This document shows positions 1-9,100 of a stretch of 10,661 nt of DNA, piece by piece (the stretch's first letter is position 1; each line of letters starts with the position of its first letter). The notes under the pieces are model-generated. The model had not been told where the DNA came from and ran no database searches. It worked only from the letters and a program-made list of their open reading frames with translations. Origin of the DNA: Fibrobacterota bacterium. Its GTDB lineage: Bacteria > Fibrobacterota > Fibrobacteria > UBA11236. Where the stretch lies: contig JAYUVP010000192.1 in assembly GCA_043753995.1 (NCBI GenBank), forward strand, positions 1 to 10,661, in the 5' to 3' direction. A program made the position numbers and the translations under genes.

Positions 1-231
1 AGAGTACGCGACGGCGCGAATAGGATCATTCATGGCACCGGGCAATTTCCGGATGAATTCACTTTTAAGTGTGATGGCCGGCTCGGATTCTTTGCGACCC
101 ATCACGCGTGCCTGAGGTAATTCCAAGGCTGATTCCGCAACGGAGGAGCTGTCGCTAGGAATTTGCGCCTCTGCCAGGTCAAAAGCCATGCAGAAGCCGA
201 TAAACCCAAGACAAGCGAGACCCTTACCCAT
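1..231 (-). CDS. TonB-dependent receptor, N-terminal 77 aa (signal peptide, TonB-box-like segment, start of plug domain); runs off the left edge
   Basis: Not in the ORF track. Manual translation from ATG at 231-229 is open to position 1: MGKGLACLGFIGFCMAFDLAEAQIPSDSSSVAESALELPQARVMGRKESEPAITLKSEFIRKLPGAMNDPIRAVAYS. It has a hydrophobic N-terminus with AEA|Q, LPQARVMG resembling a TonB box (LxxVxVTG type), and IRKLPGAMNDPIRAV resembling the plug-domain IxxlPGxxxDpxRav motif. It starts 3 nt after the upstream stop (TAA GGC ATG). Confidence 0.8.
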   Translation of the reverse strand, partial: MGKGLACLGFIGFCMAFDLAEAQIPSDSSSVAESALELPQARVMGRKESEPAITLKSEFIRKLPGAMNDPIRAVAYS

Positions 232-234
232 GCC

Positions 235-1029
235 TTAAAATCCCCAGCCCAGGCCTAGGTGAAAGTCCCACTGTAAAGCAGGGATATCTTCGCGTTTGAA
301 TTTTTGTTCGCCAGAGGGAATTTGCGGCCAGGTCAAATTCAGGGCCGGAATGACATAGTCGGGAGCGAGTATCCAATTCGGCCATTCCCAGCGAAGTCCG
401 GCTCCCGATTGAAATACCCAGCGAGGATGATAGGGCAAAGGCTGAGAAAAATTGCCTTCCAGCACTTCACCGATTTGAGTCGCCAAATAGGTTGCACGCA
501 TATTTCCAAAGGGACGCCATGAACCCCAATTTCGTGAGAGAGCATATTCCAAGGAATAAGAATTACCCGCCCAGGCGCCCACGCCCCAACCCAAACCCAA
601 GGCATGGTGCCAAGAAACTGGCGCAGGCAAGGCGAGATTGAGGGCAAACTCCATGCTCAGGGGATTGGTCGGCACTTCCAGATGCCATTGCAATTCCACG
701 CCAGGAAAAGGTCCAAAATGGTCGCGCAAGCCAAGGCGATAGTCTATGCCGCCTTTGAAAATAGCGAGGGAGGTCACCTTTTCCTGGCCGCTTGCATCCG
801 CATTGCAAAGACGCTTTCCGGTGGCCGAATCGTTTTGATAATCGGCACAGCGCCATAAGGTCTGGTAACCACCACTCAGGGTGGCTTCACTTTTCCCTGC
901 CGGTAATAGCAGGCCTGTATTCAAACGTTGAGTCGAGTAAAGGCAACCTGAAAGGACAGAAACCAAAAACAAGGCGATGACCGACCGAGTTCCAAGATTC
1001 TTTTGCCAGGAACTCAGGTTTGGCATCAT
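235..1029 (-). CDS. Putative outer-membrane lipoprotein with beta-barrel-like C-terminal region, function unknown
   Basis: Lipobox VIALFLVSVLSG|C (Cys codon 945-943). Several amphipathic Gly/aromatic strands (GGIDYRLGL, HHALGLGWGVG, YSLEYALS, FQSGAGLRW). C-terminus WDFHLGLGWGF has terminal Phe and Trp at -3, a BAM beta-signal pattern. Start uncertain: TTG 1035, ATG 1029 or ATG 1026. Confidence 0.75.
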   Translation of the reverse strand: MMPNLSSWQKNLGTRSVIALFLVSVLSGCLYSTQRLNTGLLLPAGKSEATLSGGYQTLWRCADYQNDSATGKRLCNADASGQEKVTSLAIFKGGIDYRLGLRDHFGPFPGVELQWHLEVPTNPLSMEFALNLALPAPVSWHHALGLGWGVGAWAGNSYSLEYALSRNWGSWRPFGNMRATYLATQIGEVLEGNFSQPLPYHPRWVFQSGAGLRWEWPNWILAPDYVIPALNLTWPQIPSGEQKFKREDIPALQWDFHLGLGWGF

Positions 1030-1045
1030 GGGCAAATAAAAATGC

Positions 1046-1136
1046 GGCTAAGGTGAATGGAAACAGTTCACCTAAACTACAAGGTTGATGAAAGTTATGG
1101 TTCCGATTCTTGGAATCGTACCTAGCCATTCACCTT
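1046..1136. repeat. Cluster of overlapping inverted repeats between the CCGKKR gene and the lipoprotein gene
   Basis: Perfect 11-bp IR aaggtgaatgg (1050-1060) / ccattcacctt (1126-1136). Local 7-bp IR aggtgaa (1051-1057) / ttcacct (1067-1073). Hairpin cgattc-ttg-gaatcg (1104-1118). ggctaaggt (1046-1054) / acctagcc (1120-1127) pair with one bulge. The repeats are directly visible; their function is unproven. Confidence 0.6.
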
Positions 1137-1423
1137 TTTTTAAGTCGCAAATCCTTCTCAGACATCAAAGCGGGCACATCTTCCATGGCCACCTCGACCT
1201 GCGCGCCTGGCCGGGAAAAGCGGTAAAGCCGTTGGGAGACCATTCCGGTGACACTCAGTTCAAACGGGCCAGTATACTCAAACCATTTTGAATCTCTCGT
1301 GGCAGCCAAGGCTGGGCTTACCGGAAAGGGAGCCAAGGCCTCGGTGTTCTGAACGGGGCGTGTCTGAACCGAAGGGCGGTTTTCCTGTTGCAGCAAGGCT
1401 CTTTTTTTTCCGCAGCAGCTCAT
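1130..1423 (-). CDS. Small hypothetical protein (97 aa) with N-terminal CCGKKR motif
   Basis: ATG preceded by purine-rich AGGGGGATGGAAT, 11 nt after the DUF1360-like stop. It has MSCCGKKR, a P/A/Q-rich linker and a compact C-terminal domain FEYTGPFELSVTGMVSQRLYRFSRPGAQVEV. I recall this pattern from hypothetical proteins next to DUF1360 genes (unverified). Confidence 0.75.
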   Translation of the reverse strand: MSCCGKKRALLQQENRPSVQTRPVQNTEALAPFPVSPALAATRDSKWFEYTGPFELSVTGMVSQRLYRFSRPGAQVEVAMEDVPALMSEKDLRLKKR

Positions 1424-1434
1424 ATTCCATCCCC

Positions 1435-1719
1435 CTATTTTGCGGTTTTATCCGTGGCTTTAAATAGCAGGCAGGCGGCTCCAGAAAGGGCCATCCAAAC
1501 CATAAAACCATTCAGCCAATCGTGACTTAGATAAAAGGCGAAGGGCAAAGCCACCCAGACGCTTAGGCAATAAAAACAATCGAGTAGGCTGCCTAAAAAG
1601 CCTTGACCCACCGATTTTCTGAGTTTGTATACAAGCTCAAAAGGACCATCTTCTTGAGACAGGAGATGGCTAATTCGCCATATGGCCAAGGTCGAAAGGA
1701 AAAAACCCGTCCAATTCAT
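1435..1719 (-). CDS. DUF1360-like small membrane protein (94 aa) with CxxC motif
   Basis: About three hydrophobic segments. [17 protein letters not shown] and [13 protein letters not shown] match the DUF1360 pattern (AxxRlxxLxxxD...GxLlxCxxCxxxW). CxxC codons at 1578-1567. Confidence 0.8.
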   Translation of the reverse strand: MNWTGFFLSTLAIWRISHLLSQEDGPFELVYKLRKSVGQGFLGSLLDCFYCLSVWVALPFAFYLSHDWLNGFMVWMALSGAACLLFKATDKTAK

Positions 1720-1752
1720 TCTCCCGAATAATAATCACCGCAAGCTGGGAAA

Positions 1753-2763
1753 TCAGCGCGTCAATTGAAAGCCAAAGCGCATCGTATTGCGGTCTTCATA
1801 AGTGAAAACCCATTCATAAGCCATATTGGCTTCCAAGCAGAGACCACCGTATAAAACCTTGAGGCCCCCGCCTGTGGCAAGTCGATGAAAAGCCTCGGTG
1901 GTGAACATATTGCGGGCATAGCCCAGCCGTATGGCCACTAAGTCATGCACCCAGGCCTTGGCCTTGGAATCAGGCATCCATTCCATGGGAAAGGATTCGA
2001 TGCCCGTAGCGAGGCGGCTGACCCCGTCATGATAAAAGGTCGGTTCGAAATCCAAATGAAATGCCATGGCGGGATCGGGATGGGCATAGAGCCCAAAGCG
2101 CATCACCATGGGAATATATTGCGCATAATCTCCGCGTGCCGTTCCTGCCTGATTTTCGCTGCTCCAGCTAATGCGTGATAGCAAATCATGCACCACCACA
2201 CCCATGGCATAATTCGGTCCAAAAGGATGGGCGATAGCCCCGAAATCAAAACCGAAATACCCAAGGCCGGTGGCTTCGACGCGATGATTGAGTCCGGTTT
2301 CATTGTCGAAAAAGTCGCTGCCGCCACTACCGGTTCCGGCATAGCGCAAATTCCACGTACCGCCCACACTCATGTATTCGCGGCGATAGGCTCCGCCCAA
2401 ACGCAATTCATTTTCGGCATAAATCTCATCGCCGTTTTGCTTCCAGGCGGCGCCTAGCCACCAAGGTGCTCCGGGCTTATGCCAAAGCCCATCCACTTCG
2501 TGATAGGGTAAAAGGCCATAAGCATTGGCATGATGATAACCCGTAGCCCAGGACGTCACTTGGGTGATACCGGCCGGATTCAAGAATAAGGCTGATGAAA
2601 GTTCAGGATCGGCCACTTGCGCTCCGGCCAAGGATGCGGCGCGAGCACCTACGGGCATGGGTGCGAAGGCTCCCACCTTGGCACCCACGGCGAAGGCCGC
2701 TTGCCAAGTCAGGATAAGCGAAACAAGTAAAAGGAACAAGGTGGTTCGAAGGCGGAGTTTCAT
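1753..2763 (-). CDS. PorV/PorQ-family (FadL-like superfamily) outer-membrane beta-barrel protein, 336 aa
   Basis: Sec signal peptide MKLRLRTTLFLLLVSLILTWQAAFA|V. N-terminal MPVGARAASLAGAQVA...ALFLNPAGI matches the GARxxxmGgA...axxxNPAgl hallmark of PorV/PorQ/UPF0164 barrels. Amphipathic strands include GFDFGAIAH, MRFGLYAH, IRLGY and C-terminal MRFGFQLTR. Its ATG (2763-2761) overlaps the upstream TGA (2762-2760). Confidence 0.8.
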   Translation of the reverse strand: MKLRLRTTLFLLLVSLILTWQAAFAVGAKVGAFAPMPVGARAASLAGAQVADPELSSALFLNPAGITQVTSWATGYHHANAYGLLPYHEVDGLWHKPGAPWWLGAAWKQNGDEIYAENELRLGGAYRREYMSVGGTWNLRYAGTGSGGSDFFDNETGLNHRVEATGLGYFGFDFGAIAHPFGPNYAMGVVVHDLLSRISWSSENQAGTARGDYAQYIPMVMRFGLYAHPDPAMAFHLDFEPTFYHDGVSRLATGIESFPMEWMPDSKAKAWVHDLVAIRLGYARNMFTTEAFHRLATGGGLKVLYGGLCLEANMAYEWVFTYEDRNTMRFGFQLTR

Positions 2764-3128
2764 TGTATCAACACCACCTTCCGCAAATACTCCTTACTGC
2801 TTTGGCCATCCCGCACGATGAGGCGCAAGAAATAACGGCCATTGCGGCAAAGTACCCCGCGATCGTCACGGCCATCCCAAACATAAGGGCCTAAGGCCTC
2901 GCGCCTATCCGGCGAATTGGGATTGGCCTTATACAATCCAGGTTTGATTTCCTCGCCCTTACTGACCAGGACTTCGCGGCTGGAATAAACCTTGTCGCCA
3001 ATCAAGTTATAGACCTCGATTCGCACCCCCACCTGGCTCGACACCTCGGAGGACAAGGTGTAATGCAATTGCAAGCCCCAGGGATCGAGAGGTGAAAACG
3101 GATTTGGCGCCACCGACAAGTCATAGGC
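2760..3128 (-). other. C-terminal FlgD-Ig / T9SS sorting (CTD)-like domain of the giant protein (ORF aa ~2503-2624)
   Basis: Motifs VAPNPFSP, LQLHYTL, VRIEVYNLIGDKV, YVWDGRDDRG..CRNGRYFLRL and terminal KVVLIQ follow the PNPF...I.IYn..G..V...WDG.d..G.....G.Y.......K.v. pattern. Confidence 0.8.
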
Positions 3129-6100
3129 TCCCAGGGGTAGGCTACCCATTATGATGGCGTATTTGGAAAAGCCGGCTACCTTGGCCACGGCTACTGTATC
3201 GGCCTGGGCGCTGTCGACACGTTCCCATTGCAAGCGTGCCGAATTCCAATGCCCTACATAAACCTTGCGCAGCCGCGCTAAGCCTGGGGCTACAGGAAGC
3301 CGAAGGATAGCTCCGCTATCCGATTTGAAAGGCTGGCTTTCCGACAATTCGATTTCATGCACATCGCCGACGACTTCCTGACTGGGCGAAGCCCGCAGAA
3401 GCGGGTTGACTTGCGGACGCGCTATGCTTACGGTGAAAGCCTTGGCCAATCCATTCAGAGGAAAGGCCAATTCCAGGCCTTCGCCATCACCCAATCGCGC
3501 CACGCCTGTATCAGCAGGAATTAAGCGGGCTTGGGTCAAAATCGCACCCGCGGCGGAATAAGCCCGACGACCATCGATCGAAAGCAAGGTGTCTAAAATA
3601 TTCAGCTTGGCTTCACGGGCCACACCAGCGGCTGGGATGAAAAGACCATCTTGATCCAAGGTGCCAGCCGCGCCATCGGCTCCTAAGCTCCACTTGGGTC
3701 GAATGCGGAACCGCTTGCCTTCGGCGGTGCGTGCAAAAGCTTCGAAGCGATAACCTTGCGGCGCTTGATTGGACAGAATCAAAGGCGCGCCACCCTCGGA
3801 GAGCTCAAGGCCTTCCTTGGCATAGCGTATTCCCAAAGCGACCGGAGTCAAATCTTCAACGCGTACATACCAGGCCTGGCGCATAGTCACGGCACCCAGC
3901 TTGACCGACACTTCCAGGCCCAAAGCCGAATTCGTGATTTTGCTGCTCGCCTGGAAACGGCAAAGGCGGGGCGTCGAATCCGAAGGCACCAGGGTCAATC
4001 CCGCCTGCCTGGCTTGAGCGGTATCCATAAATCGCCAGGCAATTTGCAGGGGATGGGCCGTATCGGGTTGGCGATGCAATTGATCGGCGAAACTATTCAG
4101 AAGCAACCCACCCTCGCCAAATAATTGCACGACAAAAACATCTCCGCCTTTCAAGTCATAGCGCAAGGTGTCAGTTTGTGCGGAGGCAGGTAAAAGCTGA
4201 ATGGCATGCAGAATGCGGGGATCACGCAATTGAAAGGTCAAGGGTAAGTGGCGATTGCTAAAGGCCAGGTTGCGCCGAGAATTCCAACGTTGGCCTTGGG
4301 ATTCCAAACCGGTTTTCAAGCCTTGATATTTGATAACCTGATAATAGGCCTCATAAGCGCCGACCTTACCAGTTGGGCTCCAAACGCCGGAGAATTGCCT
4401 GCGTCCGTTTTTCAAGGCGACCTTTTGCCAGGCTTCATTGGCAGCGCGCACGAATAAGGTGCAGGCATCGCTTTCATGAAATTCCAGAGAATCCAGGCGA
4501 CTCACTTGCAGGGGAATTTCACTTTCCAAGGTCGTGTCCCTCAAAGTCAGGGCTGTGAAGGCTAAGGCTACGGTATCGGTGCGCACGGTGTCCTCCCCCA
4601 CCGAAAGAGTCATGACTTCAGGATTGAGCCTCAGGGCCTCTCCGCTCTGAACTTGCACGGTATGCGAGGAAGCACCCAAACGCTTGTTCAGGGTATAAAG
4701 ACCCGCCGTATCGCTTTCCTGCAAAGCTTCGCCGTTCACCGAAACCGCAGCGGAAAGTGAGATGCGACCATCCCGAGTGACCTGTACCCGCAAACGGCTA
4801 TTGGGATAGCTGAAGTGAACTTGAGCCTCCTTGGCTTGGCGAGTCAAACTCACCACGCGTTTCAATTCAGCGAAACCCGTGCGGCGAATGGTGATGCGAT
4901 ATTCCGCGGGTTCGCGCAAGCCAGTAAAGAGATTGGCGGCGGGTCCGGTAATGGAGAGTACGGGATTGTCGCTCCCGCTCAGGGGGGCCACTTCGACCAC
5001 CGCTCCTGCCACAGGTAAGCCTTGATCGCGCAAGGTCACTTGCACGCTACCATCGAGCCGCGTGTCGGGAAGCAAGGAAAAGGACATTAAACCCGGGGTC
5101 AAACTATCGCGTTGCACCGCCACATTGGAAATCCGGATATAGTCGTCGGAAATGGAACTTAGGCGACCGTCCTGGCTTTGCGACCAGAATAATGAAACCA
5201 AACCCAGACTGTCGCTGAAAGCGCTATCGAGACCGGAGTCGGTTTCTAATTTCCAAAGGAGGCCTGGAATGGCCTTTTGCGTTGTGGCATCGAATGCTTT
5301 TACCACCAAGCTATCCGCAGAAGCCTTGAGGCTCAAGGTTGCAAAATATCCTCCGTCACCTGCATAGTCGAATAGCGAAGTCGTCGCACTCACAAAGCCG
5401 GGAAACGATGCGGTCAAGACATAACGGCCAGCCTGAGGCGAAGCGAATTGAAAGCGCCCTTGATCGTCGGCGCGCATCGCTTCGGAGGTGCCGCCTTGAC
5501 GCGCCAGGGTGACTATCGCCGACAGTCCCAATCCTTTGGCGTCGCTCACTCGTCCACCCAAAATTGCCCCGTTGTCTTTCAGTCGAGTCGTGATAGCAAG
5601 GGTATCGTTTGCGCTACGTATTGGCCAATTCACCGTGGTATCCGAGGCGAAGCCGGGCAAGGAAGCAATCAAGTCATAATTCCCAGGTGCCAGGCCACCG
5701 AATTGTCCCAGTCCAAGGGCATCGCTTCGCGTCACCGCCAACAGTTTATTTCCTTGCCACAGGCATAAGGCCGCACCCGACAAAGACCGGCCCTGGCGAC
5801 TATCGGCCACCGTCACCTGCATGCGACCCCCTTGGATAAGGGTTAAATCCAGGCCCATGGCCTTGTCGGACGAGCCCGTCATCGACAACGGCGCCGAAGC
5901 CATAGCATTTTTTTGCTGACTGAATGCCGATAAAAAAACTTCTTCATTGGCTTTTAAACCCGTCAGGGCGTACCAACCCTCTGAATTGGCCTCGACAAGG
6001 CCGATCACCTCCCCCTCGGAGGTGAAAGCCTTTACGCCGCATTTCTCGCCGCCGATGATTCGGCCGGAAATCGTGCCGCGTATCGCCTCCAATTTCAAAT

Positions 6101-9100
6101 CATGGTTTTGCAATCCTGAGGCATAGGCCAGGCTAAAACTCAAGGCGGCATGCCCTGGCGCATTCACGGTTAAGGTCACATTGCCCGCAGCCAAGGTGCC
6201 AGTGGCATAGCGGCCCGAGGCATCCGTGCGCAAGGTCTTATTCCCCTGCGCATTTTGCATGCGCAGAGCTAACCCCGACATGGGTCTTTTTTGCCAAGTT
6301 CCATTCGTGGCAAACACACTGTCATAAATCAAGCCGGTCAGTCCTTCGGACAAGGCCGTCAAGGTCAAGGTTACCGTCGTCACGGTATCCCCTGATAGCG
6401 ACAGGGCAGAACTCTCATCCCCTTGATAACCGCTTTTCGAGGCCGAGACGCGATAATTTCCTGTGGGTAATTTGCTGATCACTAGGGTGCCATTACGACT
6501 TAGCCCCTGAAGTTTTCCATCCAACCAGATCTGCGCATCGTCGAGAGACTTGGCGGCATTGTCTTTGACCTGCACCGTGATTTGACTGCGATGGGCTAAT
6601 ACGGAAAGGTTGATTTGGGTGTCGATCTCTCCCATGCGAAACGAAAGCGAGGACGCGTCATATTCTTCGGCATTCACAATCGGACGAAGGGTGCCTTGGG
6701 CATAAGCTGGCCTATTGGCAAAATCGGCCAAGCCTTGATCATTGGTTTTCACCGTATCCGTCACGGCTCCCAATTGCATGGCCACGGCCACCCCCGACAA
6801 GGCCTTGCCTTGGGAATTACGAAGTCGCACCGTCACAGTTTTGCGAATGGCTTGCAATTCCATGGGAGGGAAATTCACCGAGGTCGCGATGGCCGGGCTG
6901 AGTACCGTATCCTTGCGGCCAAAGCCGGTGGCTTCAAGGGTCACACGCAGGCTACTCCCGAAGGCCAGGCCCGTCATTTGCCATTTGCCATCGCCTGAAC
7001 TGAAAACGGTTTGCTCGTTTTTTCCACCCGAAACGCGTATCGAGGCACCGGAAAGTTCTTTGCCATTTTGCAGCACCGATCCGGAAAGCAAGCCACGCCT
7101 ATCCAGCCCAATTAAATTCACCTTCACCGACATTCCCGGTGTGGTGGCGGAGCTAATCGTTGTGTCGGCGCATTCACGCAGTCTAGCTTGGGTAAGACAA
7201 CCTAGGGAAACCATGGTTCCGGCGGGCGCATCAGAAAAGGTGAATAACCCTTGCGCATCGGTAATAACTTGGGCCGTCCAAGTTCCTCCGCGCGCCATCA
7301 CCGGAGCTGAGACTAAAACATTACCCCCTTGATCCTTCAGCGTTCCGGACAAGGCGTAACGCGCCGCCGCGACGGTAATGTCCATCTTGGTGGGACTATG
7401 GATATCCAAACCAGACTTGCCTATATCGCCCAAGACATTCCAACCTGGCTCCTGGGCGAGGACGGTATAGCGATCGACCGGCAAGGCATTGAATTGATAA
7501 AGCCCGTCGGCAGCAAGATCCATGGTACGGCGCAAGCCCAGCGTGCCCTGCAAGGCAAGGGTGAATCCAGCGGGATTGTCCGCGCCAATTAATTTGCCTT
7601 GCAAACCCGCCGTCAAGGCCGTAAGGGTCAAGCCTAGAGCATTTCGGTTCTCCCCAACGCCTAATCGCAAACTGTCGAAAGTCACTCCGGAGGCATAGCC
7701 ATCGGCATAAGCGGAGAGGCGATATAAGCCAGGAGGCAAACTATCTAAGCTAAAACCGCCATCGATTCCGGAAACCGTAAAGCGATTGACGCCGGCACCC
7801 GTGAGCAAAACCGATGCGCCGGAAAAGGCCTTGCTCGATGCCGTCACCCCTCCGGTCACCTTGGCCGAAGAAAGCATCAAAGCCAATTGAACTTGAACTG
7901 CCCCATCAGCCGTCATGATTAAGGACTGGGATTTGGCGGCATATCCCGGCTTGCTCGCTGTGACTTGATAGGAGCCAGCGGAAATCAAACCAAATTCGGC
8001 GCGACCGTCGCCGTCGGTGCTTAGGCTCTTAGCCGTGCCTCCGTCTTGGGGACTCAATTGCAAAGAAACACCGGACAAACCCAAATTGCCATCGGTGATT
8101 TTGGCAGTAAGCCGACCCACAGCGGCGGTCAGGGTGTCTTTCCAATTCTGACTTTGACTGGAGGCGACGGTAATTAGGCGAGATTTAGAGGCATATCCTG
8201 CTTTTGAAATCTTCAGGGTCCAATTTCCCGCACCAAGGTCGAGCAGAAAAAAACCGTCGATGCCGCTTTGGGACTGCGCCTGGGCCAAGCCATTGACAGC
8301 ATCCAACTTTACCTCCGCGATCGGCTCACCTTTGCCATTCACGACTTGCCCTTTGACGCGGGCCATGGCTGGCACCAAGTCAAATTTCAAGTTCAGTTCT
8401 TGCCCATTGGCCAGAGCTGCCAAAGTTTGCGATGTGTTTTGATATCCATCACATAATGCAGATACTCGTAAGGCGGTATTAGGTGGAACTTGCAGGGCAT
8501 AATTTCCCGAGACATCGCTTTGACTTTGTCCATTGGGCGTGCCGGAAGGTTGGGCGGCATAGTTCAAAATGCAACTCGCCAATCCCTGGGTGCCATTGCG
8601 CACTTGTCCGGCGACTTTGGCTCCGTAGGGAAGCAAATTCAAATTCAGACCACCCGAGAGAATGCCGGCTTGCACTTGCAGACTCAGTGTGTCGCCGGCC
8701 TTAAAGCCTTCTTTTTCCGCCCACAAGCGATAGGTTCCGGGTTGCAAGGCCAAATTGAAATTGCCGTCCAAACCGGCTAGGGTCGACTGTTGCCCACCGA
8801 AGGTATTGTCGATTTTCACGAGCGCTTGAGCCACAACCTGACCTAAGGATCGAGCTTGGCCTGCCACGCCACCCGCATTCGCCGAGGCCGAAAAAACCAG
8901 GCCGACGGCGCTATCGCCCACGCCCAAATTAACGGTCAGGGGTGAAGAGAAGAGATAACCCGTTTTTGCGGCGGTCACAGTTTGTGAACCTTCGGCTACC
9001 GCCATGCGGAAATATCCTCCGCCATCGCTGAGCACGGTAGCGGCCCCGGAAGCCAATGTGACTCCGGCCAAGCCATTACCCGATAAGGTCACGCGTCCGG

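Noticed and set aside
1036..1073. Hairpin plus U-rich tract as a canonical intrinsic terminator
   Set aside because: The stem is modest and bulged, and the U-tract begins about 10 nt after it. It is kept only as part of the speculative switch finding.
887..1129. 80-aa minus-strand ORF whose ATG directly follows, in frame, the TGA of the CCGKKR gene (possible readthrough or selenocysteine fusion)
   Set aside because: It overlaps the lipoprotein gene out of frame by about 145 nt and has no protein-like motif. The TGA follows a natural-looking basic C-terminus (LRLKKR) with no redox motif context. The nearby hairpin is not convincing as a SECIS.
1402..1409. T8 homopolymer (A8 on the coding strand) near the start of the CCGKKR gene as a phase-variation or frameshift site
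   Set aside because: It is explained by Gly-Lys-Lys-Arg codons, the frame is intact, and a single sequence gives no evidence of length variation.
1720..1752. TTGCGG and TATTAT as a sigma70 promoter, and GGGAG as RBS, upstream of the DUF1360-like gene
   Set aside because: The hexamers are only 4 nt apart and GGGAG is 1 nt from the ATG, so both spacings are non-canonical.
2760..3128. Flagellar hook-cap gene flgD, or carboxypeptidase activity, implied by the domain names
   Set aside because: Only the Ig-like and regulatory-like beta-sandwich modules are present. There is no flagellar context and no recognisable M14 catalytic domain in the window.
339..4558. Alternative-frame minus-strand ORFs 339..647, 563..856, 1278..1511 and 2103..2369, and other short nested frames
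   Set aside because: They are nested in or overlap better-supported CDSs and have no coding hallmarks.
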